Positions 10,747 through 25,032 are shown, counted from the first letter of the stretch. The stretch is 64,000 nt of DNA from an uncultured Gemmatimonadales bacterium (GCA_963823035.1 CAWGKG010000021.1:1-64000); one strand, 5' to 3'. Numbers and translations are program-made. Notes: generated by a model from the letters alone, not told the origin.

Positions 10747-12939
10747 CTAGAACGCCTTCAGCCAGGTGAGCTTCACCACGCCGGTGCGCCGCTGCCAGCG
10801 GACGTCGCGGGGATCGTCGAGCGCGCCGGTCAGGTAGCCGGTGTCGACCACGACGAAGAGGTCGCTGCCGGGCGTGTGGATCCAGTCGACGCGCACGTTC
10901 GCCTGCAGCGTGTTGGACACGTCGTCCCACTGGACGAGGGCGTTCGCGAAGAGCTTCCGGCTGGCGGCGGCGAGCACGTCCAGGCTGAGCACGTTCGTGG
11001 TGAAGTCCCCGCCGGGCACGGGGAAGGACACGTCGTTGTGTTCGAGGCCGAGCCCGAGCGTGAGGCGCGGCCCGGACTTCCAGGTGACGCCGCCGCCGAG
11101 GCCCGTGCGCGTGCCCGACCAGAAGTCGCCGACCGACCAGCTCACGTTGCCCGACAGCGTGCGGCTGTCGTTCGTGCGCGCGCCGCCGGAGAGGAAGCGG
11201 AAGGTATAGTCGCCCGCGGGGAGCGTCCGCCCCTGGATGGCCGCGGGCGCCTCCAGCCGCTCGAACCGCTCCGAGACCTCGAAGTTGAGCGCGTCGCCCG
11301 TCTGGAACCCCAGGCGCGACTGGATGCGCCGGAAGTGCGACTGCTTGCGGTCGTCCATCCCGGTGATGTGGTTGCCCTGGAGGAAGAGCTGGAGCTGACG
11401 GGCCCACCGGCTCGTCTCGAAGCGCGGCGTGAAGCCGAGCTGGCCGCCCCACCGCTTCTGGTCCGGACGCGGGACGAAGCCGAGCGCCGGCGCGAACGCC
11501 GAGCCGATGATCGTGCGCGTGGTCTCGAGGAACCAGCGGTCGTTGCGCAGCACGAGCTCCGCCTGCACGGCGGACGGGCTCCCGGTCGAGTCCGGCCGCT
11601 CGGAGTCCCACACGCTGGCGCCCCAGACGAAGAGGGAGCTGCTCCCCCAGAAGCGGGCCGTGGCGTCGGCGCCGACCACGCGGTTGTGCGTGCCGTCGCG
11701 CTCGAGGCTGGTGACGATGCCGCCCACGGTCGTGCGGGGGAGGACGTCCGCGCGCACGCGCGCCACCGAGCTCCACGCGCCCCTCTCGGTCACGCCGTCC
11801 GCCGTCACGTCCTCGGTGCGCAGGGACAGCGCACCGATCGACAGCCGCCCCACCTGTCCCGTGACCCGCCCGCCCCCGACGATCGGGTTGTCCAGGCCGA
11901 TCCTCCTGCTGAAGAACACCTCGGTCTCGGCCGGCGCGCCGAACGTGAACAGTCCCGCGCGCTCCAGGAAGAACTCTCGCTTCTCGGGGAAGAAGAGGTC
12001 GAAGCGCGACAGGTTGATGCGCACGTTGTCCGACTCCACCTGCGCGAAGTCGGTGTTCCACGTCAGGTCCGCCGTCAGGTTCGACGTGAGCGAGTACTTC
12101 ACGTCGAGGCCGACGTCGTCGAGGACGTCGGTGTCTTCCACGCCGGCGAGCTTCTGCGCCCCGGCGATCGCGAAGGGCTTCACCTCGAGGTGCCGACCGC
12201 GGCGCAGGTCCTGAAGTCCGGTCAGGCGCGCGTACTGGGACACCTGGAAGATCCCGGAGCGGAAGCGCTGCGGGATGTGGGGCCAGGTGACCTCCTCGTT
12301 CTTGCGCCGGATCGAGCGGTAGATGGCGACGCCCATCTCGGGGGCCTCCACGTCGCTGAAGCGGATGGTGGTGAAGGGGATCGCCACCTCGAGCACCCAC
12401 CCGTCGTCGGTGACGTGTGCCTCGCTCTCGTAGACGCCCTCCCAGTTCCAGTCGTCGAGGGTCATGTCCTCGTCGGAGATGAGCGCGTCGCCCTGCGTGC
12501 CGAACGAGTTCAACTCGAAGATGTATGCGTTGCGACCGTCGCCGTACGTATCCAGCGCGATGATCACGCGGTCGTCCTTGTCGATGCGACCCTCGCGCTG
12601 GAGGATGCTGCGCCGGATGGCGGACGGGTCCGAGTCGTGGAGCACGAGGCCGAAGTAGAGGGCGCGTGCGTCGTAGGCGATGCGCACCTCTGTGCGCTCC
12701 GAGGGCTCCGCGCCGTCCACCGGCTCCCGTTGGCGGAAGTCGGAGATGGGCTCGATCCCCGCCCAGAACGGCTCGTCCAGCGCACCGTCGATGTCCGGGG
12801 GCGACGCCACGCGCACGGCATTCGCGAGGCGCAGGTCGTCCGGCCGGGCGTCGGGCGCCTGCGCCACCACGTCGACCGCCGGCGCCGCGAGCAGGAGGGT
12901 CGCGGTCCACAGGTGGGTGCGGAGGGCGGATCGTGGCAT
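10747..12939 (-). CDS. Carbohydrate-binding family 9-like / DUF5916 outer-membrane protein
   Basis: N-terminal IDGALDEPFW...WVLEVAIPF, then NTDFAQVESD...FPEKREFFLE and FFSRRIG. C-terminal aromatic residue. Confidence 0.85.
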   Translation of the reverse strand: MPRSALRTHLWTATLLLAAPAVDVVAQAPDARPDDLRLANAVRVASPPDIDGALDEPFWAGIEPISDFRQREPVDGAEPSERTEVRIAYDARALYFGLVLHDSDPSAIRRSILQREGRIDKDDRVIIALDTYGDGRNAYIFELNSFGTQGDALISDEDMTLDDWNWEGVYESEAHVTDDGWVLEVAIPFTTIRFSDVEAPEMGVAIYRSIRRKNEEVTWPHIPQRFRSGIFQVSQYARLTGLQDLRRGRHLEVKPFAIAGAQKLAGVEDTDVLDDVGLDVKYSLTSNLTADLTWNTDFAQVESDNVRINLSRFDLFFPEKREFFLERAGLFTFGAPAETEVFFSRRIGLDNPIVGGGRVTGQVGRLSIGALSLRTEDVTADGVTERGAWSSVARVRADVLPRTTVGGIVTSLERDGTHNRVVGADATARFWGSSSLFVWGASVWDSERPDSTGSPSAVQAELVLRNDRWFLETTRTIIGSAFAPALGFVPRPDQKRWGGQLGFTPRFETSRWARQLQLFLQGNHITGMDDRKQSHFRRIQSRLGFQTGDALNFEVSERFERLEAPAAIQGRTLPAGDYTFRFLSGGARTNDSRTLSGNVSWSVGDFWSGTRTGLGGGVTWKSGPRLTLGLGLEHNDVSFPVPGGDFTTNVLSLDVLAAASRKLFANALVQWDDVSNTLQANVRVDWIHTPGSDLFVVVDTGYLTGALDDPRDVRWQRRTGVVKLTWLKAF

Positions 12940-13055
12940 CGGCGGCGGGAGGGTGGAGCGACCGGGATGGCGAACGGGAGTCCGTAGGATGCAGAGAGGG
13001 GCGGCGTGACGCGAGAGGCGGCGCGCGCGGCGCACGGATGGCCCCGGTCCGATCG

Positions 13056-13109
13056 TTGCCCTAAATCGTTTAGGGCGCTATCGTATTCTTTGCCTAAACG
13101 ATTTAGGGC
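13056..13109 (+). promoter_or_regulatory. Sigma-70-like promoter overlapped by twin palindromic PadR operators
   Basis: TTGCCC(13056-61)-17 bp-TATCGT(13079-84). Palindromes GCCCTAAA-TCG-TTTAGGGC (13058-76) and tGCCTAAA-CGA-TTTAGGGC (13091-109). Confidence 0.75.
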
Positions 13110-13160
13110 GTGCGTCGTGGAGGCTCCGAGCACGTCCGACGCCGATGGAGCGACCTACGC

Positions 13161-13499
13161 ATGACGGACAGCCCCCTCAACGTGGTCCAGGGAACGCTCG
13201 AGCTCCTGGTGCTCAAGACCCTGGACTCCGCCGGCCACCTGCACGGCTTCGCGATCCTCGACTTCATCCGCCGCGCCACGCAGGACCGCCTGGTGATCGA
13301 GGAAGGCGCGCTGTACCCCGCGCTCCACCGGATGGAGCGGCGCGGATGGCTGAGCTCCGAGTGGGGCGTGTCGGAGAAGGCCCGTCGCGCGAAGTACTAC
13401 GGGCTGACCCCGGCCGGTGAGGCGGCGCTGACGGAGGAGGAGCGGCGGTGGGCGGACTACGTGGACGCGGTCGCCCGCATCGTGCCGGGCGCGGGATGA
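13161..13499 (+). CDS. PadR family transcriptional regulator (acidobacterial type)
   Basis: QGTLELLVLKTL...HGF...EEGALYPALHRME...RRAKYY. Confidence 0.92.
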   Translation: MTDSPLNVVQGTLELLVLKTLDSAGHLHGFAILDFIRRATQDRLVIEEGALYPALHRMERRGWLSSEWGVSEKARRAKYYGLTPAGEAALTEEERRWADYVDAVARIVPGAG

Positions 13500-13512
13500 C
13501 CGGGAGGGTACG

Positions 13513-16245
13513 GTGACCGTCGACGGATCGGGGCCGGACTTCCGGCGGGGGATGCGGCCGCGGGATCCCGCGGAGGCCGCCGGCTGGGAGGTGGAGCATC
13601 ACCTGGCCGAGCTGGTGGATCGCCTCGTCGAGGAGGGGATGACGCCCGACGCGGCGCGTCGGGAGGCGGAGCGCCGCTTCGGCAATCCACGCGCATACCG
13701 GAGCCGGCTGGAACGCAACGAGCGAAGGAGGCGGACGACGATGCGGCGGACGGCGGCGTGGGGCGTGGTGACGGGGGCGGTGGCCGGGATGGTGCGCACG
13801 CTCCGGCGGAGCCCGGGGTTCGCGATCGGGGTGGTGCTCACGCTCGCGCTCGGCATCGGTGCCAACGCGACGATGTTCGGCGTCCTGGACCGGCTGCTCT
13901 TCAGCCCGCCGGCCCACGTGGCGGCGCCGGACCGCGTGCGTCGGGTGATGACCGTGCGTCCCTTCCTGGGACGGATGCGGCGCGAGTCGAACCTCACCCA
14001 CCCCGACTGGATGGACCTGAAGCAGGCGAAGTCGTTCAAGGCGATCGCGGCGCACTCGCGGTCGTCCGAGTACACGCTGGGGAGCGGACCGGGCGCCACC
14101 CGAGTGCGCATGTCCATGGCCAGCTGGGACTTCTTCCCGCTCCTGGGCGTGCACGCCGAGGTCGGCCGGTTCTACGGCGAGGACGAGGACCGTATCGGGG
14201 CGCCCGGCACGGCGGTGATCAGCGACGAGTACTGGAAGCGCGCTTTCGGTGGGGAGCGCGACGCGCTCGGCCGCACACTGGAGATCTCGGGGCACCCGTT
14301 CACCGTGATCGGCGTCGCGCCGCCGGGCTTCACCGGTGTGGACCTCCAGCGCGTGGACGTGTGGCTGCCCCTGATGTCGGCGGGCGCAATGATCCACGGA
14401 ACGGACTGGGAGGGCAACCGCGGATGGTACTGGTTCTCGGCGGTGGCGCGCCTCGCCCCCGGGGTGGACGTGGCGGCCGCGGAGGAGGAAGCGACCACCC
14501 TGCATCGCAACGGCCGCCGTGCGTCGATCGACGACCAGCACTACCCGGCGGATGCGCGCATCGCCCTCGATCCGCTGATCGTCGCGCGGGGGCCCGAGGC
14601 GTCGGGTGAATCGCGCGTCGCGCGGTGGCTCGGCGGCGTGAGCCTGCTCGTCCTCCTCATCGCCTGCGCGAACGTGGCGAACCTCCTGCTGGCCCGCGGC
14701 ACGCGCAGGCGGCGCGAGGTGGCGGTGCGCATCGCGCTCGGCATCGGCCGCGGGCGCCTCGTGTCCATGATGGTGATCGAGTCGGTGCTCCTGGCGCTCC
14801 TCGGGGGCGTGGTATCGCTCCTGCTCGCGCTCTGGGGCGGCGGCGTCGTGCGCGGCACGCTCATGCCCGGCGTGTACTTTCCCGGTTCGGCGATGGGCGG
14901 GCGGGTCGCCCTGTTCGCGGTCGCGACGGCGATGCTGGCCGGGGTCCTCGCGGGTTTCGGGCCCGCGGTGCAGGCTACGCGCGCGGACGTGAGCGGCGAC
15001 CTCGCGATGGGTGCCGGGGCGAGCTCCCGGCGACGCTCCCGGACACGGTCGGTGCTCACGGTCCTCCAGGCCGGGCTCTCCGTGGTGCTGCTGGTCGGCG
15101 CCGGTCTCTTCGTGCGCAGCGTGCGCCAGGTGCGCGACCTGGATCTCGGGTTGGACGTGGACCACCTGGTGATGGCGTCGCTGGAGTTCGCGGAGAGCGG
15201 CCTCTTCCCGGGATTGCACAAGGACGGCGAGTCGGGGAACGGTGGCACGCCGGATCGCAACGAGATCTACGGGAGGGCCATGCGGCGGCTGCAGGACGTG
15301 CCCGGCGTGGCGGCGGCGGCCGCCACGAGCTCGCCCTTCCAGTGGGCGTATTCCACCGAGCTGCAGGTCCCCGAGCTCGACTCGGTTCCGGACCTCGCCG
15401 GCGGCGGGCCCTACTTCCACGATGTCACCCCTGGCTACCTGTCCACCGTGGGGCTGCGCGTCCTGCGCGGCCGCGACCTCGCCGAGTCCGACGTGGCCGG
15501 AGCCGCCCGCGTCGCGGTCGTAAGCGAGACGATGGCCCGCACGCTGTGGCCGGACGCGGATCCCCTGGGTCGGTGCCTGCTCGTCGAGGAGGGCGCGACG
15601 GAGTGCACCACGGTCGTCGGCGTGGCCGAGGACGCTTCCCGCGGGAGCCTCGAGGATGATCCGTACATGGCCTACTACATGCCCCTCGCGCAGCGGGAGG
15701 GGCGGTTCGCCAACGCCCTCTACGTGCGCACCAACGGCGATCCGGCAACGGTCGCGGCGCGCATCGCGCCGATCCTCCGCGCCATCGACCCGCACGTGCG
15801 CTTCGCCACCGTCCAGACCGTACGGGAGCGGCTGGATCCCGAGGCGCGGGCGTGGACGCTCGGCGCGACGATGTTCTCGGTGTTCGGCGCCCTGGCTCTC
15901 CTCGTCGCGGCGATCGGGCTCTACGGCGTCCTCGCCTTCGACGTGGCGCAGCGCACGCGCGAGCTGGGCATCCGCACCGCGCTCGGGGCCGAGCGGGGAA
16001 CGCTCCTGCGCTCCGTCGTCACGACCGGGGTGCGGCTGGGGGGCGCGGGGGTCGTGCTCGGGCTGATCGTAGCATGGGTGGCCGGGCGCTTCGCCGGCGA
16101 CCTCCTCTTCCACACGTCGCCGCACGATCCCTTCGTGCTGGTGGGCGTGGGCGTCACGCTCCTGGTGGTGTCTTTCGTGGCGAGCGTCGTGCCCGGGCTA
16201 CGCGCGACGCGCGTCGATCCCTCCGAGGCGCTACGGACCGAGTAG
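13513..16245 (+). CDS. ADOP-type duplicated MacB/FtsX orphan ABC permease
   Basis: N-terminal prefix domain (EVEHHL...AERRFG), TLALGIGANATMF, LLIACANVANLLLAR, and second FtsX repeat QRTRELGIRTALGA. Ends DPSEALRTE. Confidence 0.92.
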   Translation: MTVDGSGPDFRRGMRPRDPAEAAGWEVEHHLAELVDRLVEEGMTPDAARREAERRFGNPRAYRSRLERNERRRRTTMRRTAAWGVVTGAVAGMVRTLRRSPGFAIGVVLTLALGIGANATMFGVLDRLLFSPPAHVAAPDRVRRVMTVRPFLGRMRRESNLTHPDWMDLKQAKSFKAIAAHSRSSEYTLGSGPGATRVRMSMASWDFFPLLGVHAEVGRFYGEDEDRIGAPGTAVISDEYWKRAFGGERDALGRTLEISGHPFTVIGVAPPGFTGVDLQRVDVWLPLMSAGAMIHGTDWEGNRGWYWFSAVARLAPGVDVAAAEEEATTLHRNGRRASIDDQHYPADARIALDPLIVARGPEASGESRVARWLGGVSLLVLLIACANVANLLLARGTRRRREVAVRIALGIGRGRLVSMMVIESVLLALLGGVVSLLLALWGGGVVRGTLMPGVYFPGSAMGGRVALFAVATAMLAGVLAGFGPAVQATRADVSGDLAMGAGASSRRRSRTRSVLTVLQAGLSVVLLVGAGLFVRSVRQVRDLDLGLDVDHLVMASLEFAESGLFPGLHKDGESGNGGTPDRNEIYGRAMRRLQDVPGVAAAAATSSPFQWAYSTELQVPELDSVPDLAGGGPYFHDVTPGYLSTVGLRVLRGRDLAESDVAGAARVAVVSETMARTLWPDADPLGRCLLVEEGATECTTVVGVAEDASRGSLEDDPYMAYYMPLAQREGRFANALYVRTNGDPATVAARIAPILRAIDPHVRFATVQTVRERLDPEARAWTLGATMFSVFGALALLVAAIGLYGVLAFDVAQRTRELGIRTALGAERGTLLRSVVTTGVRLGGAGVVLGLIVAWVAGRFAGDLLFHTSPHDPFVLVGVGVTLLVVSFVASVVPGLRATRVDPSEALRTE

Positions 16246-16266
16246 CGAGCCCCTCCATCGCCCATG

Positions 16267-16303
16267 AAAACGGGGCCCGCGCCGTTGATCGGCGCGGGCC
16301 CCG
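16267..16303 (-). terminator. Intrinsic terminator between convergent genes
   Basis: Perfect 14-bp stem CGGGGCCCGCGCCG / CGGCGCGGGCCCCG with a 5-nt loop. AAAA at 16267-70 is a U-tract on the minus strand. Confidence 0.75.
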
Positions 16304-16334
16304 GGTGCTGCCGACCCTCGGGCCGGCGGGCGTC

Positions 16335-18064
16335 TCAGCGCCCGCGCTTGATGATGGCCTCCTGGATCTCGATGTAGGTGTTCACGCCGTTGAGGAACTG
16401 CTCCATGTTCACGTTCACCGTGCTCGGATAGTCGCCCACCTGGCCGAGGAGCTTGAGCGCCTGCTGGAACTTGGGCAGGGTGGACTTCGCGGTCGCGAGC
16501 GTGGCCGGCTTCTGCTCCGCCAGTGCGGCCTGGTAGATGCTGTACCCGTGCCAGAAGTTGAGCTGCTGCCCAAGCCCCGGGCTCAGGTTCGGCATCTGCT
16601 TCGCGGCGGCAATCACCTTGATCGCGTAGTCGTACTTGTTCTTCTGCACGCCGTTCGCGTAGGCGTCCGCGAAGATCATGCGCGCGGCCGCCTCGGCCTG
16701 CTTCGGATCGGCGTTCGCGACCGTCTTGAGCTTGGCCACGGCCTCGTCGACACGCCCCGCCTCGACGAGCCACTTCCCCTTGCGCAGGCCGTAGTTCGTG
16801 TTGCTCGGATCGATCTCGCTCGCGTGGTCGAGGGCGGAGATGGCGTCGTCCAGCTTGCCGGTGCGCTGCAGCGCGTCGGCGTACATGGACCAGATCGCGT
16901 CCTCCTGCGGATGCGTTTCGAGCGCCTGGCCCGCGACCGTGATCGCGTCCTCCAACTCGTTCAGCTGGATGTGCGCGGCGATGATGCTGCGCAGCTCGCT
17001 CACCGGCGTCTCGGCGCCCTTCGCGGCGAACACCTTCTTGTAGGCTTCGATGGCCTGGCGGTAGTAGCCGGCAGCCTCCGGCGACACGCCGCCGGCATCC
17101 TCCTGGTCAGCCGTGGCCGCCGCCTGCACCTCCTGCCCAGCCGCGAAGGCGAAGCCGCCGAACTGCTCGATCAGGTCGGTGTTCTCCGGATCGACGTCGA
17201 GGCCTTCCTGGATGAGCTTCATGGCGCCACGAGGGTCGCCTGCCTGAGCGAGGTCGTAGGCGATCTTCATGCGGACGCTGGCGCTGCCCGGGTTCAGCTC
17301 CAGATACTGCGAGTAGTACTCGAGCGCCTGGTCGTCCTGCCCCTGCTTCGCGGAGATGTAGCCCGCGAGCTGGAGCGCGTCCTCGTGGAACGCATTCAGA
17401 TCGAGGACCTTCTTCAGCTCCTCGAGGGATTCCGGATAGCGGTCCGAGTCGAAGAGGATGCGCGCGCGCAGGTAGCGCGTGCCGACGGCGTTCGGGTTCA
17501 GCTGGAGCGCCTCGTCGCAGTTGCGCAGAGCTGCCTCCCACTGCTGGCTGCCCGCGTAGTCCGAGCAGATGGCCGCGGCGCGGACCTGCTGCTGGTAGCG
17601 GTCGAACTGGCCGAAGATGTGCTGGGCGGCCTCCTGGTCCTGCTTCTCGCCCGCGGTGGTCGGATCCACCTCGAACACCTCGCTGGAGCTCACGTCCCAG
17701 AAGGCGGCGTTGACCGTATAGGCGTCCTTCGTGCCCGAGTAGGACGCGCACAGCGCGACCTGGGCGTTGATCTGCGCCGCGAGCTGGCGCGTGCGCACGC
17801 AGTCGAGATCCTCCCACTTCATCTTGAAGCGCTTGAGGTTGGTCTCGATCTCCTTCTTGTCGATCGACTGGTGCGTCGCCAGCCGGCCACCAACTCCCGC
17901 AGGTCCTTGGCGGCGTTCTCCCCGAACTTCTTGTCCGCTCCGTCGAGCGGCTGGAAGTTCGGGATCAGGACGCGGAAGCGCTCCTGCGCATGCAGGCCCG
18001 CCGCCGGGATCGCGACGACAACCGTGGCCAGCACCAAGAGCGTACGGTGGATCCGTCGGAACAT
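16335..18064 (-). CDS. Secreted tetratricopeptide-repeat protein; apparent frameshift near 17885
   Basis: Signal peptide MFRRIHRTLLVLA...LHAQ follows GGAGG (ORF 17819..18214 frame). It continues into multiple TPRs (ALQLNPN, YLELNPG, LDVDPEN) in ORF 16335..18305. Confidence 0.85.
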
Positions 18065-18273
18065 TGTGGGAACCTCCCCTGGGGGTATAAACATCCTGAC
18101 CGCCACCCCCGGGGCGGCGATCCGGAATCCAACCAGTATACAACCCGAGCCGGCCGAAGTTACATACACGGTCGGCCCGGCGCTCCTCCCCGGGCGTGGC
18201 CATCGGGCTCGCATGGTGGCGCCCCGCCCGCCAGAATACCCTCTCTCCCGTCCCTTCCGCCCGGAGCTGACCC

Positions 18274-19185
18274 ATGCGCGCCCACGTCCCCGCCGCCCTC
18301 GTCACGACCCTGGCACTGCTGGCTCCCGTCGCCGGCGCGGGTCAGGATTTCGACGCCGTCCAGATCCGAACACAGCGGGTGGCCGAAGGTGTATATATGC
18401 TGATTGGCCAGGGAGGCAATATCGGCGTTTCCGTCGGCGACGACGGAGTGTTCGTGATCGACGACCAGTTCGCCCCCCTGACGCCCAGGATTCTCGCGGC
18501 GATCCGGGCGATCACGCCGGAGGGGGTGCGCTTCGTTTTCAACACCCACTGGCATGGCGATCATACCGGCGGCAACGAGAACATGGGCAAGGCGGGAGCG
18601 CTTCTCGTCGCCCAGGAGAACGTCCGCCGCCGCCTGAGCATGGATCAGATCCTGGAGCGCGTCGGCCGCCCGGTCGACACGACCATGGCCGCGCCCGAGG
18701 GAGCGTGGCCGGTGGTGACGTTCGCCGAGGACATCACCTTCCACCTGAACGGCGACGACCTGCACGCCTTCCACGTCGCCAACGCCCACACCGACGGCGA
18801 CGCCATCGTCCACTTCGTGAACGCCGACGTCGTGCACATGGGCGACACCTTCTTCCGGGACCGCTTCCCCTTCATCGACACCGCCAGCGGCGGCTCCATC
18901 GACGGGATGATCGCGGCGGCCGGGAGGGCGCTCGCGATCATGGACGCGGACACGAAGGTCATCCCCGGGCACGGAGCGCTCTCCGGCCGCGAGGACCTGC
19001 GGGCCTACCGCGACGCGCTCAAGGACATGCGCGATCGAGTGGCGGCGATGATGCAGGCTGACCGCTCGCTCGACGAGATCCAGGCGGCGCGGCCGGCGGC
19101 GACCTACGCCAGCCGCTGGAGCGAGGACGAGGCGGCGGAGCGCAGCTTCGTCGAGACGATCTACCGCAGCCTGGGAGGGCGGTAA
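18274..19185 (+). CDS. Secreted MBL-fold metallo-hydrolase
   Basis: Signal peptide, THWHGDHTGGN, AHTDGD, HMGD, VIPGHG. Confidence 0.9.
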   Translation: MRAHVPAALVTTLALLAPVAGAGQDFDAVQIRTQRVAEGVYMLIGQGGNIGVSVGDDGVFVIDDQFAPLTPRILAAIRAITPEGVRFVFNTHWHGDHTGGNENMGKAGALLVAQENVRRRLSMDQILERVGRPVDTTMAAPEGAWPVVTFAEDITFHLNGDDLHAFHVANAHTDGDAIVHFVNADVVHMGDTFFRDRFPFIDTASGGSIDGMIAAAGRALAIMDADTKVIPGHGALSGREDLRAYRDALKDMRDRVAAMMQADRSLDEIQAARPAATYASRWSEDEAAERSFVETIYRSLGGR

Positions 19186-19237
19186 CCGGCGACGGGGGAC
19201 GGCCGGCCTGACCGCGGACCGGCGTCCCCCGGCCCCA

Positions 19238-22955
<3,718 letters not shown>

Positions 22956-23093
22956 GGTCGTCACCGGGTACGTCGAGAGCGTCGTCGAACGGCGTGGTTG
23001 GCCGAACGGGAGTCCACGATGCAAACTACCGGGCCGCCGGGTCCGGCGGGAGGAGCGTAGGGCGTTCATGGCCGGAGGAGAGGAGCGCGGGCC

Positions 23094-23604
23094 GTGCCGG
23101 TCTCGTACGACAACTCGAAGATCATCTACGAGGGCATCAAGGCCGCCGGGGTGCGTTCCCTGTCGGCGTTGCCGGAGACGTGGCTCGGACTCCTCCTCCA
23201 ACGCGCCGAGGACGACCCGGAGATGAGCCTCGTGCAGGTGGCCAAGGAGGAGGAGGCGATCGGCGATCGCCGCGGGCGCGTGGTTCGCCGGCGAGCCGCA
23301 CATCCTCCTCATGCAGAACCATGGCCTCCTGGCGGCGATCAACGGCATCGTCTCCCTGGCGCAGCTCTACCACGTGCCGCTGTGCATGCTCGTCGCGCTG
23401 CGCGGCCACTGGGGGGAGCCCTATCCGTGGCACACGCGCGGCGGCACGGTCACCGAGGAGGTGTTGCGCGCGCTGGGCGTCCCCTTCGAATACGCGCGCG
23501 ATCCGGCCCGCGTCGGCAAGCAGATCGCCGAGGCGCTCACCTACGCGCACAGCTCGCTGATGCCGGTCGCGCTGCTGCTCACCCGCGACCTGATGGAAGA
23601 CTGA
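23094..23604 (+). CDS. comD: ThDP-dependent decarboxylase alpha subunit (sulfopyruvate decarboxylase ComD-like); apparent frameshift near 23263
   Basis: LSALPETWL, KEEEAIG, then LMQNHGL...LVALRG in the next frame. Its stop overlaps the beta-subunit ATG (TGATG). Confidence 0.7.
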
Positions 23605-24206
23605 TGCCGGTCTCGAGCTCGATGGAGCGTCGCCAGTGCCTCGAGGTGATCTACGAGGAGCTGGCGGACAAGCTGGTCGTGACCATCATGGGCGCGTGCG
23701 CGCAGGAGCTCTACGACCTGGGCCACCGGGAGAACTTCTTCTACCTGCAGCACGCCATGGGGCTCGCCTCGTCGATCGGGCTGGGGCTCGCCCTGCACGC
23801 TCCCGAGGAGCGGGTGGTCGTGCTCGACGGCGACGGCTCGGTGCTCATGAACCTGGGCACCCTCGCCACCATGGCGCGCTACCGGCCGAAGAACCTCCTG
23901 CACGTCGTCTTCGACAATGGCAGCCTCCTGTCGACGGGCGGTTTCGACACGCACACCACCTCCGGCATCACGGACCTGGCCGCCATCGCGAAGGGGGCGG
24001 GCGTGGAGCACGTGGCCGGCGTGGCGACGCCGATGGAGTTCGGCGAGGCGTTCATCGAGGCACTCGAGCGCGACGCCATGAGCGTGATCGTCGCGCGCGT
24101 GCGCGCCACCGGTCCGGACCACTACGGGATGGACCTCCACCTCCCCGAGAACGGCTTCCGCTTCAAGCGGATCATCGAAGAGCGAAAGAAGGAGAGAGCA
24201 TCGTGA
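23604..24206 (+). CDS. comE: ThDP-dependent decarboxylase beta subunit (ComE-like)
   Basis: AMGLASSIGLGLAL and the ThDP-binding motif DGDGSVLMNLG...FDNG. Confidence 0.75.
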   Translation: MPVSSSMERRQCLEVIYEELADKLVVTIMGACAQELYDLGHRENFFYLQHAMGLASSIGLGLALHAPEERVVVLDGDGSVLMNLGTLATMARYRPKNLLHVVFDNGSLLSTGGFDTHTTSGITDLAAIAKGAGVEHVAGVATPMEFGEAFIEALERDAMSVIVARVRATGPDHYGMDLHLPENGFRFKRIIEERKKERAS

Positions 24207-24977
24207 GCGCACTCGCCGCCCTGGTCTCCGCCCTCGCGGACGGAAGCGTCCGCGTGGTGGACCTGACCCAGCCGCTGGGACCGGACACGCCCGTGATCGG
24301 CCTCCCCGACATCTTCGCGCAGTCCCCCGGGCTGAGCGTCGAGGTGATCAGCCGCTACGACGATCGGGGACCGGGGTGGTACTGGAACACGCTGCACCTC
24401 GGGCGAGCACACGGGCACGCATTTCGACGCGCCCGTGCACTGGGTGACGGGGAAGGACCTTCCGGACAACCGGTGCGACACGATCCCGGCCGGGCGCTTC
24501 GTCGGGCCCGCGTGCGTGATCGACGTCTCCACGGACGTGGCGGCCGACCCGGACTTCCTCCTCACGCCCGAGCGCATCGAGGCGTGGGAGGCGGAGCACG
24601 GGCGCATCCCGGCGGGCGCGTGGGTGCTGCTGCGCACGGACTGGAGCAAGCGCACCGACCCGGCCGACTTCCTCAACGCCGACGAGAGCGGGCCGCATTC
24701 GCCGGGCTTCCGCAAGGACGCCACCGAGGCGCTCATCGCGCGTGGCGTGCTCGGCGTGGGCGTCGAGACGATCGGGACGGACGCGGGCCAGGCGGGCACC
24801 TTCGACCCGCCCTTCCCGAACCACACCTTCATGCACGGCGCCGGGAAGTTCGGGCTCGCCAGCCTGTGCAACCTCGACCGGCTGCCGGCCACGGGCGCCG
24901 TGGTGATCGCGGCGCCGCTGAAGATCGTGGAGGGGAGCGGAAGCCCGCTGCGCGTGCTCGCGCTGGTGGAAGGGTAG
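24203..24977 (+). CDS. Cyclase family metal-dependent amidohydrolase (kynurenine formamidase/isatin hydrolase-like); apparent frameshift near 24402
   Basis: VVDLTQPL, reconstructed GEHTGTHFDAPVHW, LLRTDWS, SPGF, GSGSPLRVLA. GTG start overlaps the upstream stop. Confidence 0.85.
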
Positions 24978-25032
24978 GCGGTCGCAGCCCAGAGCCTCCG
25001 CGCCTTGGTGCGGCTGAAACCGTCGCGATATC

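Noticed and set aside
13056..13109. Palindrome pair as transposon ends or CRISPR repeats
   Set aside because: Only two copies, 14 bp apart, with no transposase or cas genes. The position over a promoter fits operators.
15852..19061. Very long alternative-frame or antisense ORFs (e.g. 15852..19061 +, 24829..28023 -, 2940..5627 +, 52959..56309 +, 35016..37739 -)
   Set aside because: They overlap well-supported genes and are Arg/Gly/Pro-rich or antisense shadows expected at this GC content. Only the first ~125 aa of 35016..37739 is real (the oxidase C-terminus).
18274..19185. Metallo-beta-lactamase resistance gene
   Set aside because: It has only the generic MBL-fold HxHxDH motif, with Asp (HMGD) where subclass B1 enzymes have Cys. 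No evidence for antibiotic hydrolysis.
22956..23093. TPP riboswitch ahead of the ThDP-enzyme genes
   Set aside because: The conserved CUGAGA core is not present in this intergenic region.
23094..24206. Apparent single-chain phosphonopyruvate decarboxylase and phosphonate biosynthesis locus
   Set aside because: The middle of the ORF is out-of-frame junk. The alpha subunit ends at 23604 overlapping the beta ATG, and no PEP mutase is nearby.
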